Below the pieces are notes generated by a model. The model did no database searches. It saw only the letters and a list, made by a program, of their open reading frames with translations, and was not told the origin of the DNA. Shown piece by piece: positions 45,389 to 55,917 of a stretch of DNA of 64,000 nt. Origin of the DNA: an uncultured Acidobacteriota bacterium (GTDB taxonomy: Bacteria > Acidobacteriota > Terriglobia > Acidiferrales > UBA7541); contig CAVZTQ010000002.1 in assembly GCA_963778235.1 (NCBI GenBank), positions 39,766 through 103,765 of the forward strand. The letters run 5' to 3'. A program made the position numbers and the translations under genes. The stretch's first letter is position 1. Each line of letters starts with the position of its first letter.

Positions 45389-45841
45389 TTGAATCCTGCA
45401 AAACGATATCGAGTCCTCTTCGTCTGCCTGGGAAATTCCTGCCGCAGCCCCATGGCCGAAGCTATTGCGCGTCAAACCGCGTCGGACGTAATCGTCGCCG
45501 CCAGCGCAGGAACAATGGCGCTAGGCTTCGTTGCTCCGCCAACTCTTCGCGTGCTTGAAGAACGCGGCATGAAAATCGAAGGCCTCAGCTCCAAACCAAT
45601 CACTCGCGAAACTCGCGCCAATGCGGAGATCATCATTAATATGACAGGTAGTCCCGCAAAGCGCGTTTTCTCCGCAGAAGAATCGAAAACGGAAGATTGG
45701 CTCGTCACCGACCCGTACGGCGAGCGCGTCGAAGCTTATCGCGATACTTATGATGAAATTGAAGCGCGCATGACGGAATTTGCCGCGCGTCTTCGGGCGC
45801 GTCGAACCTCATCTGCCGAAGCACCGGTACGCGGAAAATAA
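45389..45841 (+). CDS. Low-molecular-weight phosphotyrosine phosphatase / ArsC-like family protein
   Basis: P-loop VLFVCLGNSCRSPMAEA (C-X5-R-S). TTG start with AGGACGG upstream. Confidence 0.8.
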   Translation: MNPAKRYRVLFVCLGNSCRSPMAEAIARQTASDVIVAASAGTMALGFVAPPTLRVLEERGMKIEGLSSKPITRETRANAEIIINMTGSPAKRVFSAEESKTEDWLVTDPYGERVEAYRDTYDEIEARMTEFAARLRARRTSSAEAPVRGK

Positions 45842-45851
45842 AGGAGATCTT

Positions 45852-46523
45852 TTGCGGCGCGAAACCACCAGCGTTTCTCAGGAAGATTACCTGAAGGCAA
45901 TCTGGGAGATGCTCGAAGAGGAAGAAATTCCCATCAGCGCTCGTGTCGCCGAGCAGCTTGGTGTTACTCCGCCCGCCGTAACTGCTGCGCTCAAACGCAT
46001 GACACGCGACGATTACTTGCGCATCGATCGCAACGGACACATCCGCCTCACCGCCAAGGGACGCGGTATTGCGCAGCATCTTGCGTTGCGTCACCAACTC
46101 GCCGAAAAACTTCTCACCGAAATTATTGGCCTCGATTGGGCCAAGGCTCATGACGAAGCTGAGCGCCTCGAGCACGCCATCTCTCCGGAAGTGGAAGCGC
46201 TGCTGCTCGCGCGTTTCGGAGCAGACGGAACTTGTCCTCATGGCGTTCCACTCTTCGGCGGACTAGCAAAACTTCGCCGACGCGACGGCGCCGTCCAGCT
46301 CAGCGGAATCACCGCAGGCTCGACAGTAGAAATTCTCTGCGTCTACGAACGCGATCCGAAATTCCTGCTCTTCCTAGCAGGACTAAAACTAAAGCCTGGT
46401 GTTCGCCTCCGCGTTTCGCGCCGCGAATACGATCAAACAATGTTGCTCGCCGTAAACGGAAAGAAAATCCATCTCGGCGCCCCAGCCACCAGTCGCATCT
46501 GGGTCCGCAAATTGCCATCGTAA
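45852..46523 (+). CDS. DtxR/MntR-family metal-dependent transcriptional regulator with a FeoA/SH3-like C-terminal domain
   Basis: SQEDYLKAIWEMLEEEEIPISARVAEQLGVTPPAVTAALKRMTRDDYL...HLALRHQLAEKLL...AHDEAERLEHAISPE. TTG 45852 with AAGGAG 5-6 nt upstream is preferred over the track start 45780. Confidence 0.82.
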   Translation: MRRETTSVSQEDYLKAIWEMLEEEEIPISARVAEQLGVTPPAVTAALKRMTRDDYLRIDRNGHIRLTAKGRGIAQHLALRHQLAEKLLTEIIGLDWAKAHDEAERLEHAISPEVEALLLARFGADGTCPHGVPLFGGLAKLRRRDGAVQLSGITAGSTVEILCVYERDPKFLLFLAGLKLKPGVRLRVSRREYDQTMLLAVNGKKIHLGAPATSRIWVRKLPS

Positions 46524-46537
46524 TCCGCCTTTGGTTT

Positions 46538-46570
46538 CGTGGGGGCGGGTCCGCGACCCGCCCGCCTCCA
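46538..46570 (+). repeat. REP-like element, class I (GTGG variant)
   Basis: TTTCGTGGGGGCGGGTCCGCGACCCGCCCGCCTCCAAT lies 15 nt after the regulator stop. The hairpin and tail are identical to the copy at 675-703. Confidence 0.8.
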
Positions 46571-46692
46571 ATCGACCAATCTTCAAAGTCTCCGCCCGCC
46601 GGGCGTCGCCCCCGCTTGAAATTTCCCTCCCAGCGGGTGTAACGTCCTAAGCCTCGGCACGACCCACCGCTGCAAATCGAAGGGAGCCCACG

Positions 46693-48189
46693 ATGGCTAC
46701 AGCAGTCACGGCACCGTCCATGGATTCAGCAGTATCAAGTTTCATTGATCGCAAACAAAAACTTCTTATCAACGGAAAATGGGTTGAAGCCGCATCCGGC
46801 AAAACTTTTTCGAGCTATAACCCCGCAACCGGCGAAGTGCTCGCCACCATCGCCGAAGGCGATCGCGAAGATATCAACCGCGCTGTCATCGCAGCCCGCG
46901 CCGCATTTGAAACAGGCCCGTGGTCTAAAATACCGCCCGCCGGACGCGCAAGATTAATCTGGAAGCTCGCCGACCTTCTCGAAAAGCACGCGGAAGAATT
47001 CGCGCAATTGGAATCACTCGATAACGGCAAGCCGCTCACCGTTGCCCGCGCCGCTGACGTTCCGCTCTCGATCGAGCATCTGCGTTATCATGCCGGATGG
47101 GCCACGAAAATCGAAGGTAATTCGATTCGCCTCGCCCTGCAAGATCCCGCGAAGTTTCACGTATACAGCTCACGCGAGCCGGTCGGCGTTGTCGGTCAAA
47201 TTATTCCCTGGAATTTTCCGTTGTTGATGGCAGCATGGAAACTTAGCCCCGCGCTCGCAGCCGGATGCACGGTGATTCTGAAGCCGGCGGAACAAACTCC
47301 GCTTACCGCGCTTCGTCTCGGTGAACTCGTTCAGGAAGCCGGATTTCCGGACGGCGTCGTCAATATCGTTACAGGTTTTGGCGAAGCAGGCGCCGCTCTT
47401 TCCGCGCATATGGACGTGGACAAAGTCGCGTTCACCGGTTCGACGGAAGTCGGCAAACTAATCGTGAATGCTGCCACCGGAAATTTAAAGCGCGTGTCGC
47501 TCGAACTCGGCGGAAAATCTCCAAATGTGGTTTTCGACGACGCCGATATTGACGCCGCAATTCCCGGCGCCGCCAGCGCAATCTTCTTCAATCAGGGCCA
47601 AACCTGCTGCGCGGGTTCACGTCTGTTCATAGAGAAAAAGAGCTTCGACAAAGTTGTCGATGGCATATCGCAAATCGCGGAAAAAATCCAGGTCAAGCAG
47701 GGATTCGATCCGGAAAGCCAAATGGGTCCGCTGGTGTCCGAGGAGCAACTGAACCGCGTTTGTGGCTTCCTCGAGTCCGGCGTTCAAGAAGGCGCTAAAG
47801 CTACCACGGGCGGTTCACGTCACGGCGATAAGGGCTATTTTGTGAAGCCCACCGTGCTCGTGAACACGAATGACAAAATGAAAGTGGTGCAGGAAGAAAT
47901 TTTTGGGCCGGTCTTGGTGGCAACTCCATTCAGCGACCTGAACGAAATCGCTGCGCGCGCCAACGATTCCGTCTACGGTCTAGCCGCCGGCGTCTGGACG
48001 CGCGACATCAAGAAAGCGCACGGCCTCGCCGCGAAACTCCGTGCCGGCACGGTGTGGGTCAACTGTTACAACGTATTTGATCCCACCATGCCGTTTGGTG
48101 GATACAAACAATCGGGCTGGGGACGCGAAAGCGGCCACGGCGTAGTGGACCACTACACGGAAACAAAGTCAGTCTGCTGCAAACTGTAA
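46693..48189 (+). CDS. NAD(P)-dependent aldehyde dehydrogenase
   Basis: IIPWNFPLLMAAWK, FTGSTEVGK, LELGGKSP, FFNQGQTCCAGSR, EEIFGPV, PFGGYKQSGWGRE. Confidence 0.92.
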   Translation: MATAVTAPSMDSAVSSFIDRKQKLLINGKWVEAASGKTFSSYNPATGEVLATIAEGDREDINRAVIAARAAFETGPWSKIPPAGRARLIWKLADLLEKHAEEFAQLESLDNGKPLTVARAADVPLSIEHLRYHAGWATKIEGNSIRLALQDPAKFHVYSSREPVGVVGQIIPWNFPLLMAAWKLSPALAAGCTVILKPAEQTPLTALRLGELVQEAGFPDGVVNIVTGFGEAGAALSAHMDVDKVAFTGSTEVGKLIVNAATGNLKRVSLELGGKSPNVVFDDADIDAAIPGAASAIFFNQGQTCCAGSRLFIEKKSFDKVVDGISQIAEKIQVKQGFDPESQMGPLVSEEQLNRVCGFLESGVQEGAKATTGGSRHGDKGYFVKPTVLVNTNDKMKVVQEEIFGPVLVATPFSDLNEIAARANDSVYGLAAGVWTRDIKKAHGLAAKLRAGTVWVNCYNVFDPTMPFGGYKQSGWGRESGHGVVDHYTETKSVCCKL

Positions 48190-48202
48190 TTCCGGTAATC
48201 TG

Positions 48203-48261
48203 AAATCCGGCGTCGCGCGATGAAGATATTTTTCCATCATGCGGCGCCGGATTTTTCTTTT
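48203..48261 (+). terminator. Rho-independent terminator of the aldehyde dehydrogenase gene
   Basis: A long imperfect hairpin, AAATCCGGCG...(48203-48212) pairing with CGCCGGATTT (48245-48254) plus inner pairs. TTCTTTT follows. It lies 14 nt after the stop. Confidence 0.7.
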
Positions 48262-48336
48262 CATCGGCGCAACAGGTATCATCGTCCGCGGCGGAGGAAG
48301 AATGATTGCTGTTTTCCGTGACCGTGCCGGCAAAAA

Positions 48337-48567
48337 ATGCTCAGCGTCCTAAAATTCTACTGGCTCTCCTGCAAAGGCTACCGCCTTCGACCCTGGCGCA
48401 GCCCGTACATCCGCTGGCGCATGGAAACTTTCTTCGGCCCCGAGGCCGCTCCCACCGACGCTCGCACTTTTTTCCGCCTGACCTGGCGCGAACACGCGCG
48501 CCTACTAAAATTTTTTCGCTGGGCTGAAATTCGCCGCGAAGAAATGCGCCGTAAGCGCCCCGTCTAA
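48337..48567 (+). CDS. Small Trp/Arg-rich hypothetical protein (76 aa)
   Basis: MLSVLKFYWLSCKGYRLRPWRSPYIRWRMETFFG... has protein-like composition but no clear SD. Weak call. Confidence 0.35.
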   Translation: MLSVLKFYWLSCKGYRLRPWRSPYIRWRMETFFGPEAAPTDARTFFRLTWREHARLLKFFRWAEIRREEMRRKRPV

Positions 48568-48665
48568 TCCCTGAAGCGTTCCACAATAAATCCGCTTCCT
48601 ATCTTCTATAGAAGTTAGGCTTGATGTAATATGGCGCCCACGTGATCCAATCAAGGAGCCCAGCC

Positions 48666-49481
48666 GTGAAAATGTTTCCGCGCATTCTTATGTGTTTCGC
48701 AGCATTAATGTCAGCGCAGGTGTGCTTAGCGCAAGCCAAGGACGCTGAGGGCTGCAAAGATTCTCCGCTCATCAGCCGTTTTCCGGGCAGCGTACTGACA
48801 AGCTGCAAGGACAAAGAGGACGACAGCTTCAAATTCACTCTCGACAAGGGCGGCCCGAAGACAGTCGAAGGTGAATTCCATGAGATCGTTTATCAATTTC
48901 CGAGCACCGCATCCAAGGCGCAAGTTGTTCGCAATTTGAATACCGCCATCCGGAAAGCCGGCTATACGATGGTTTATGACTCCGGCGATTACGGCGATTT
49001 CACAGGACACATGGGAAAGACCTGGATTCAGATCGAAATTGGCGGTGGCGGCGGAATTAAGGAAACAATTGTTATTGAAACGCAACTCACTCAGGACGTC
49101 GTGGCCAATGCCGCGGCGCTTGGAGGCAGCCTTGCCAGCAGCGGCCACACTGTCGTGAATGGAATTTTATTCGACACTGGAAAAGCCGACGTAAAGCCAG
49201 AATCCTCAGCAGCGCTCGACGAAGTTGCAAGTTTACTGAAGGGCGACGCGAAACTAAAACTCTACGTTGTTGGCCACACGGACAACGTCGGCGTACTCGC
49301 GTCGAATATGGATCTCTCCAAACGCCGCGCCGCAGCCGTCGTTCAATTGCTCATCACTAAATACGGCATTGCAGCCGACAGACTGTCACCGTACGGCGAC
49401 GGCCCGTACGCGCCACTCGTGTCAAACGACACTGAAGATGGACGCACCGCCAATCGCCGCGTCGAATTAGTCAAACAATAA
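48666..49481 (+). CDS. OmpA-family protein (N-terminal domain of unknown function + OmpA_C peptidoglycan-binding domain)
   Basis: AAGGAG lies 7 nt before GTG 48666. Signal peptide FPRILMCFAALMSAQVCLAQA. C-terminal FDTGKADVKPES...LYVVGHTDNVG....NMDLSKRRAAAV...GRTANRRVELV. Confidence 0.85.
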   Translation: MKMFPRILMCFAALMSAQVCLAQAKDAEGCKDSPLISRFPGSVLTSCKDKEDDSFKFTLDKGGPKTVEGEFHEIVYQFPSTASKAQVVRNLNTAIRKAGYTMVYDSGDYGDFTGHMGKTWIQIEIGGGGGIKETIVIETQLTQDVVANAAALGGSLASSGHTVVNGILFDTGKADVKPESSAALDEVASLLKGDAKLKLYVVGHTDNVGVLASNMDLSKRRAAAVVQLLITKYGIAADRLSPYGDGPYAPLVSNDTEDGRTANRRVELVKQ

Positions 49482-49547
49482 AGTTGGAAGAAAAACAATG
49501 GACGCCGCTGTAACTAGCCAGCGGCGCCCTATTTTTGCGCAATGTTT

Positions 49548-50084
49548 TTATTTCGATTTTGTTTTTGCAGCAGGCCCCGGCGTTTCCGGCAATAAATCAG
49601 TATTGAAAATATCCGTCACCGTCTTCCAACTTCCGTTGGTCTGCTTCTTCCAAACCTCCACATATTTTCCGTGGTCCAACACAGTTTTTCCCTGCGAATC
49701 CTTCGACGCCATTTGATATACGCCAATCACGTAAGCCAAATCGCTCGACTTTGAAACTTCAATCTTAGTCGGCTGCCAGGCAATTGAATCGACGGAGCCG
49801 AGAAGCCCCGCCCACGCCGTGTGAATCGCCGTCTTGCCCGATTGAATTGCTGTGTTCGGCGGCAAAAGGGAAGCGTCGTCTGCGTAATAGGAAACCGTCC
49901 CTTCCAAATCTTTCGCCGCAGCCGCAGCGGACCACTTCACATCCAGCTCTCGAACCGCACTCTCATCCGCCACGCGCGTATCCGCTGGCACTTGCTGCCC
50001 GCATCCCGACGCAAACAAAATCACTGCCGCACACGCGCAAAAAAACGGCGCGAATTTTCTCTGACTCAACGAATTACCGTGCAT
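49548..50084 (-). CDS. DUF4440/SnoaL-like (NTF2-fold) lipoprotein
   Basis: Lipobox LFASGC. Then ESAVRELDVKWSAAAAAKDLEGTVSYYADDASLLPPNTAIQSGKTAIHTAW...WKKQTNGSWKTVTDIFN. Confidence 0.72.
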   Translation of the reverse strand: MHGNSLSQRKFAPFFCACAAVILFASGCGQQVPADTRVADESAVRELDVKWSAAAAAKDLEGTVSYYADDASLLPPNTAIQSGKTAIHTAWAGLLGSVDSIAWQPTKIEVSKSSDLAYVIGVYQMASKDSQGKTVLDHGKYVEVWKKQTNGSWKTVTDIFNTDLLPETPGPAAKTKSK

Positions 50085-50219
50085 CAGTTATTCCCCCTGG
50101 CGTCGAATTCTATAGCAAGCGCAATGGCCGCGCACTACTCGAAACGCTCGAGCGTCATTCGTTGACGTGCAGACGGCCTGCCCTTACTATGGGGCGGCTT
50201 AAAGCCGCTCAATCTCCGA

Positions 50220-52754
50220 ATGATCGACCAAATTATTTCTCACTATCGCATCGTCGAAAAACTCGGCGGCGGTGGCATGGGCGTGGTTTACAAAGCGGAA
50301 GACACGCGCCTGCACCGGTTCGTCGCGCTGAAATTTCTTCCCGATGACGTTGCGAAAGATCCGCAAACGCTCGAGCGTTTCCGCCGCGAAGCGCAAGCCG
50401 CATCCGCGCTGAACCATCCAAACATCTGCACCATTCACGACATCGGTGAAGATCAAGGCCGCCAACATATCGTAATGGAGTTTCTCGAAGGCAGCACGCT
50501 GAAGCATCGCATCGAAGGCAAACCGCTTTCGCTCGATCAATTGGTGGATTTCAGTTCGCAAATTGCAGACGCGCTCGACGCCGCGCACTCCGCCGGAATT
50601 GTTCATCGGGACATGAAGCCCGCGAATCTGTTCATCACCAAACGCGGCCACGCAAAAGTTCTCGATTTCGGCCTCGCCAAAGTTACCGGCAAACCGTCGT
50701 CTCAGCAGACAGAACAGGACGGCGCGACTCTCGCAACAGAAGCCGTCAGTCCCGCGAATCTCACCAGCCCCGGAACAGCGCTCGGCACCGTCGCGTATAT
50801 GTCGCCGGAGCAAGCGCGTGGCGAAGATCTTGATGCGCGCACCGATTTATTTTCTTTCGGCGCAGTGATCTATGAAACCACCACCGGCAAGCAACCTTTC
50901 ACCGGCAATACTTCGGCCGTAATTTTTGACGCTATCTTAAATCGCGCGCCTATCGCGCCCGTCCGCCTGAACCCGGACTGTCCTCCGGAACTCGAGCGCA
51001 TCATCAACAAAGCACTCGAGAAGGACCGCGATCTTCGGTATCAAGTGGCTTCGGAAATGCGCGCGGACCTCAAGCGCCTGAAGCGTGAAATTGAGTCCGG
51101 AAGGACGTCTGCGGTTCCCGCTGCCACATCATTTTCAACTACGTCTGCTTCCTCGCCTTCCGGCCCGCAAGTATCCGCTTCCGCGGTGCAATCAGATTCG
51201 CAACGCCCCAACCGCGAATCCGAATCCGGAAATTCAGCAGCAACCGTGCGCCCCGATAAAGCTCATTATCGTGATGCGAGAATGACCGCATCACTAATCG
51301 TCCTCGTCGCAATTGCCGCGGCAGGTTTTTGGTATTGGCGCAGCCGTTCCAGCGCGCCGCAAATCGGTTCCATCGCCGTAATCCCATTTTCAACTTCAGG
51401 CGGCACCGCCGAAACCGATTTCGTCAGCGACGGAATCACCGAATCATTAATCGACAGCCTCGCCCATGTTCCCGACCTCAAAGTAAAATCCCGCAACTCC
51501 GTTTTCCGCTACAAAGGCAAAGAAGTTGACGCCCAACAAGTGGGGAAGGAATTGACCGTCGACGCGCTCCTTACCGGACGTGTCGTTCAGCACGGAGACA
51601 CAATTCAAGTCAGCGCAGACCTCACCAACGTTCAGGACAATACGGAAATTTGGGGCCAGCACTACGAGCGCAAAGCGTCCGACATCATCGCGCTGCAGGA
51701 GCAAATTGCCGGCGACATCGCCGGAAAACTTCGCTCGAAATTAAGTGGCGCGGAAAAAAGTCAGGTCACCAAGCAAGGCACTCAAAATCCAGAGGCTTAT
51801 CAGCTCTATGTAAAGGGCCGCTACTACTGGAATAAACGCACCGCCGCCGATATTCAGACCGCAATTTCCTATTTCAATCAGGCAATCGATAAAGATCCCG
51901 GTTACGCACTCGCATATTCAGGACTAGCCGACGCCTATAGCGTGCTGATTGTTTATGGCAGCGCTGCCACCGAGGTTGTACCCAAGGCAGATGCCGCGGC
52001 CAAGAAAGCTCTGGAGCTCGATCCCTCGCTCGGGCACCCGCATGCGGTTCTGGGCGCCAGCAAGAACGAATATTACTTGGACTTCACCGCCGGCCAAGCT
52101 GAGTATAGAAAGGCGTTGGAGCTGGATCCGAGTGACGCAACCGCGCATCAATGGTTTGCCGAGGACCTCGCCGCCTTCGGCGGGCATTCAGAGGAAGCGA
52201 TCAAAGAAGCCAATCTTGCGCGCCTACTCGATCCGTTATCTCCAATCATCGGCGTCGCACAAATGGAAGCCTACCGATCAGCCGGGCAATTCGACAAAGC
52301 TGTCGAGATTGGCCAGAAATCGGTCGCTGAAAATCCGACGTTTGGCCCGCCGCATTTGTATTTGGCGCGTTTGTATTGGTTCCAGCATAAATATCCAGAG
52401 GCGATCCAAGAATTTAAGGCTGCCGCTCAATTGATGGGCGACAAGAACGGCGCCGAGTTCGCGGCCGGATTAGATTCAGGCTACCGATCGAACGGGTGGC
52501 AAGGCGCGCTGCGCAAGGGAATTGAGGTTTCACTGGTTCAGCGTAAAGCCAAAACTGCATACGTATCTCCGACAAGCATCGCGGAGCTCTATGCTGAATT
52601 GGGCGACAAAGATCACGCTTTCGAGTGGCTTAACACTGCGTCTCAGGAGCGCGACTTTGCGGTAAGTTCCATCCGCACCGACTTCCTGCTTGATTCTCTG
52701 CGCTCCGATCCGCGCTACGCCGAACTCGTCCGAAAAATCGGTCTTCCGCAATAG
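50220..52754 (+). CDS. Ser/Thr protein kinase with a TM segment and C-terminal TPR domain
   Basis: [41 protein letters not shown] segment [17 protein letters not shown]. The C-terminal half has TPR-like repeats ([12 protein letters not shown]..., [11 protein letters not shown]...). Confidence 0.92.
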   Translation: MIDQIISHYRIVEKLGGGGMGVVYKAEDTRLHRFVALKFLPDDVAKDPQTLERFRREAQAASALNHPNICTIHDIGEDQGRQHIVMEFLEGSTLKHRIEGKPLSLDQLVDFSSQIADALDAAHSAGIVHRDMKPANLFITKRGHAKVLDFGLAKVTGKPSSQQTEQDGATLATEAVSPANLTSPGTALGTVAYMSPEQARGEDLDARTDLFSFGAVIYETTTGKQPFTGNTSAVIFDAILNRAPIAPVRLNPDCPPELERIINKALEKDRDLRYQVASEMRADLKRLKREIESGRTSAVPAATSFSTTSASSPSGPQVSASAVQSDSQRPNRESESGNSAATVRPDKAHYRDARMTASLIVLVAIAAAGFWYWRSRSSAPQIGSIAVIPFSTSGGTAETDFVSDGITESLIDSLAHVPDLKVKSRNSVFRYKGKEVDAQQVGKELTVDALLTGRVVQHGDTIQVSADLTNVQDNTEIWGQHYERKASDIIALQEQIAGDIAGKLRSKLSGAEKSQVTKQGTQNPEAYQLYVKGRYYWNKRTAADIQTAISYFNQAIDKDPGYALAYSGLADAYSVLIVYGSAATEVVPKADAAAKKALELDPSLGHPHAVLGASKNEYYLDFTAGQAEYRKALELDPSDATAHQWFAEDLAAFGGHSEEAIKEANLARLLDPLSPIIGVAQMEAYRSAGQFDKAVEIGQKSVAENPTFGPPHLYLARLYWFQHKYPEAIQEFKAAAQLMGDKNGAEFAAGLDSGYRSNGWQGALRKGIEVSLVQRKAKTAYVSPTSIAELYAELGDKDHAFEWLNTASQERDFAVSSIRTDFLLDSLRSDPRYAELVRKIGLPQ

Positions 52755-52835
52755 AAGCGCCCACGCTGTATTCACAACTCAACTCTGAATTAGAATATCC
52801 GTGCGTTCCAATTCACTCGCACGAGGCACCCGCGC

Positions 52836-53231
52836 ATGACACCCTCACCGGACAACGGCCTAATCCACGTCAGCACTCCTTACTCAGTCCCAGAAACTGT
52901 CCAGCGTCCCGAGTCCATTCTCCGCGCCAAAAATCTCACCATCTTCGCGCTCATCGACCACAGCGGCGAAGCCGCAAAAGTCGGACTCACCATGCGTCCC
53001 ACCCAACTAATTATTTTCGGCAGCCCGAAAGCAGGCACGCCAATGATGGTCGCCTCTCCTACTCTAGCAATTGATTTGCCGCTGAAAGCGCTCGTGTGGC
53101 AAGACGCCGAAGGAAAAGTTTGGCTCTCCTACAATGCCTCCGAATATTTGAAGCGCCGCCACCACATTCCAGACGATCTGCTAAATAACATCTCAAGTGT
53201 TGCCGCCCTACTTGCAACCGCTGTAGAGTGA
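52836..53231 (+). CDS. DUF302 domain protein
   Basis: IFALIDHSGEAAKVGLTMRPTQLIIFGSPKAGTPMM...LAIDLPLKALVWQDAEGKVWLSYN. Confidence 0.8.
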   Translation: MTPSPDNGLIHVSTPYSVPETVQRPESILRAKNLTIFALIDHSGEAAKVGLTMRPTQLIIFGSPKAGTPMMVASPTLAIDLPLKALVWQDAEGKVWLSYNASEYLKRRHHIPDDLLNNISSVAALLATAVE

Positions 53232-53277
53232 GCCAGGATTTTCATCACCTTTATTCGGGGAAATATTGGAGGAGAAA

Positions 53278-53721
53278 ATGTGCAGCTTTAAGACGTTGCT
53301 CGCGTTGGGCGTGATGGTCTGTTTGCTTGCCGGCGCCGAGGTCATTTCATCTCAGGAAAAAACACATTCACAGGCATCAGCAACTGAAAAAATGCTCTGG
53401 GACATGGAACACGCATACTGGCATTACGTTCAGGATAACGATCTGCGTGCTTACCGCGCGCAATGGCACGAGAATTTCATCGGCTGGCCCTCCGTCAGCG
53501 TTGCGCCTGTGAACAAAGCTCACATCACGGATTGGATCACCTCGCAAACGAGCGATGGTATGTCATTCAAGCCCGGAGAGTTCAAGGAGGCAGGGATTAA
53601 AGTCACCGGGAACAACGCGGTGACGTATTACTGGATGACATTTAGTTGGGTAGACAAGAATGGCAAGGGCGATGCGCACAAAACGCGTCTGACCCACACG
53701 TGGCTCAAGGAAGGAAATTAG
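53278..53721 (+). CDS. Secreted NTF2-like (DUF4440/SnoaL-like) protein
   Basis: GGAGGAG before ATG 53278, with a signal peptide. Then EKMLWDMEHAYWHYVQDNDLRAYRAQWHENFIGWP...WLKEGN. Confidence 0.62.
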   Translation: MCSFKTLLALGVMVCLLAGAEVISSQEKTHSQASATEKMLWDMEHAYWHYVQDNDLRAYRAQWHENFIGWPSVSVAPVNKAHITDWITSQTSDGMSFKPGEFKEAGIKVTGNNAVTYYWMTFSWVDKNGKGDAHKTRLTHTWLKEGN

Positions 53722-53776
53722 TGGCGGATTATCGGCGGTATGTCCATGCTGGAACCCGCCACTCCCTAGGCCGTAG

Positions 53777-54553
53777 TCAATTCACCGGCGTCCGCATACG
53801 CGTCTCCGGCGTGGTGCACATATATTTTTTGTACGCGCAAAGGTCGTTCAGCAAATCTTTCGACTCCGAAATAATTTTCTCTTTCTCCGTTTCGCCCACC
53901 AGCATGATAATCACGTCGTCGCGCCCCGGACTCATGCTCAGCATAAACGGATACATCCCGAATCCCGCGCCGCCGATATCCTTATTCTTCACTCCCGGCG
54001 CGTAAAACATGTAGTGCGGCATGTTCATCGTCTGCGGATCGGGTCGTGACGTAAATCCCCGCATCACCGGAGCAATCATATATGCAATTCCGTTCCGCGC
54101 CGGATTCGGCGCAGCGGCCGTCCCAAATCTTTTTGTCACTTCGGCGTTCACGTGAGGCGAATCCATTCCGCGCGCCCTCAACTCCGCCGCGTAAATATAA
54201 TCTTGCAGCAACGTCTTCGATCCTTCCGCGTCAAAGCACACCGCCCACGCAATATCGTCCCGAAATGCTGCGTCCGCAAATTGCCAGTCCGTGCGCACCA
54301 CGATGCAGCTCACCCCATTCGTGCCTTGGTGATGCAGCACAAATCCCTTCGCCGGATCCAATACATAAGTCGTAGCGCCATCACGCAAATGCGGCGGTGC
54401 GGCGCTCAGCGCGAATCGCACCTCCAGCGCCTCCGGCATGCGCTCCAGTTTTGCGGACGCAACTTCCGTTTGCGCGTCCATCTTCTTCATCTGTGCAAAG
54501 CAACTCGTGCTTATCATCAAGCTTAGAATCACAATTCGCCGTGCGATTCTCAT
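53777..54553 (-). CDS. Secreted hypothetical protein
   Basis: Start moved to ATG 54553 (MRIARRIVILSLMISTSCFAQ). About 258 aa, family not recognised. Confidence 0.6.
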   Translation of the reverse strand: MRIARRIVILSLMISTSCFAQMKKMDAQTEVASAKLERMPEALEVRFALSAAPPHLRDGATTYVLDPAKGFVLHHQGTNGVSCIVVRTDWQFADAAFRDDIAWAVCFDAEGSKTLLQDYIYAAELRARGMDSPHVNAEVTKRFGTAAAPNPARNGIAYMIAPVMRGFTSRPDPQTMNMPHYMFYAPGVKNKDIGGAGFGMYPFMLSMSPGRDDVIIMLVGETEKEKIISESKDLLNDLCAYKKYMCTTPETRMRTPVN

Positions 54554-54598
54554 GCTTTCTCTCCTTTTGTGAATTTTAGAAATTATCACTCAACAAAA

Positions 54599-54949
54599 CT
54601 ATTTTGCTTTTGCAATCCGTTTCAGCAACTCTTCCACCACATCAAAATCAATCTTCTCCGGCTTCGTAAAATTCACGCAACCTTTCCCCTTTTTCTCGCC
54701 AGAAAGTTTCGCGCGCAAATCTTTCACCGCCGGCGATCCGCACCCGTAAATCGAAATGTATTGTTTCTGACTCGCAAACGCGAACGCCATCGCTCCGTTG
54801 CGTTTGTAAACAGGCATCCCGTATTCGATCGACTCGTCAAATCCAACCAAATGTTTTTTGGAAAGTGTCCACAACTTCGTAATCGCCGCGCGCCGTTCTT
54901 CCGGCACCTCCGCGATATATTCCTTTACGTCCGCCGCTTTGCTGATCAT
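54599..54949 (-). CDS. DUF1801 (YdhG-like) domain protein
   Basis: VKEYIAEVPEERRAAITKLWTLSKKHLVGFDESIEYGMPVYKRNG..AFAFASQKQYISIY. Confidence 0.75.
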   Translation of the reverse strand: MISKAADVKEYIAEVPEERRAAITKLWTLSKKHLVGFDESIEYGMPVYKRNGAMAFAFASQKQYISIYGCGSPAVKDLRAKLSGEKKGKGCVNFTKPEKIDFDVVEELLKRIAKAK

Positions 54950-55113
54950 CGCCGTCCCTCCTGTGCGCCAGATTCTACACGTTTACCGTCATTGCGAAAA
55001 CGCAATCAAGCGTCGCGCGGCTTTTCGTTGACTCGCGAATGCACCATCCATAAAATCAAGCCGCCTAAGTCACATTTATCTTCGGATGATCGCCTGCTTT
55101 CTGGAGGGAGTCT

Positions 55114-55698
55114 TTGGACAACGTTCTGCAGTTGGAACTCCGCCACACTGGAGAAATTCTCCGCCTCCGCCGGATCCGCAACTCCGCCGGCGAAATTATT
55201 TTGTCCATCGACGGCAGTTTGCCGCCACACGCCGGTGGCCCTCCGCTGCACATTCATCTCCTGGAAGCGGAAGCTCTCACCGTGAAAGCTGGAACTCTCG
55301 GAGCCAGCGTCGGAAAAAATAAGATCCAGGTATCGACCGGAGGGAGCGCAGTATTTCCCGCCGGGGTCGTCCACACCTGGTGGAACGCCGGCGAAGACCT
55401 CCTGGAATTGAGCGGACACGTAACCCCGACCGTCGATTTGGATCGTTATCTCCAGGCGATATGGGCAGTGCTCAATGCCAGCTCGTCCGGCCGGCCATCG
55501 ATCTTTTATCTCGCTCACGTATTGTGGCGCCATCGTCACTCGCAAACGATTACCCGGCCGCCGCGATTCGTTCAGCGAGTTTTATTTCCAGTAATTTTAT
55601 TTGTTGGCCGCGTTCTCGGCAAATATCGCGGAGATGCATGGCCCGGCTCGCCTGCATCCTGTCCGGGCGCTCCGGAAGTGGAAGTTGCAGCCGATTAG
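55114..55698 (+). CDS. Cupin-domain protein
   Basis: GGAGGGA lies 5 nt before TTG 55114. GGPPLHIHLLEAEALTVKAGTL...GGSAVFPAGVVHTWWNAG is the two-motif cupin core. Confidence 0.72.
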   Translation: MDNVLQLELRHTGEILRLRRIRNSAGEIILSIDGSLPPHAGGPPLHIHLLEAEALTVKAGTLGASVGKNKIQVSTGGSAVFPAGVVHTWWNAGEDLLELSGHVTPTVDLDRYLQAIWAVLNASSSGRPSIFYLAHVLWRHRHSQTITRPPRFVQRVLFPVILFVGRVLGKYRGDAWPGSPASCPGAPEVEVAAD

Positions 55699-55718
55699 CT
55701 GGCGCTTATCACCATGCG

Positions 55719-55743
55719 AGTAGCACCGACACTCTCGTCGGTG
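55719..55743 (+). repeat. REP-like element, class III
   Basis: GTAGCACCGACACTCTCGTCGGTGC lies 21 nt after the cupin stop. Confidence 0.75.
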
Positions 55744-55917
55744 CAAGTCAGTTCAAGCCACCAATGTGTCCGTGCTGCACAGACCTCCAGCAAACTGCGC
55801 ACCTGCCCGTACATCACCAATAACGATTGACCGTGTCTTTCCCGTCATCCCGACCAGCAAATCCATAGCTTCGCCGTCACCAACTCCGCAAAATAAAAAC
55901 CGGAGGCAGCCACATCC

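Noticed and set aside
46232-46642. 136-aa ORF spanning the 3' end of the DtxR-like gene and the REP element
   Set aside because: It is an alternate frame of a well-supported gene, followed by read-through of a repeat (RGGGSATRPPP). Its composition is Arg/Pro/Ser-rich.
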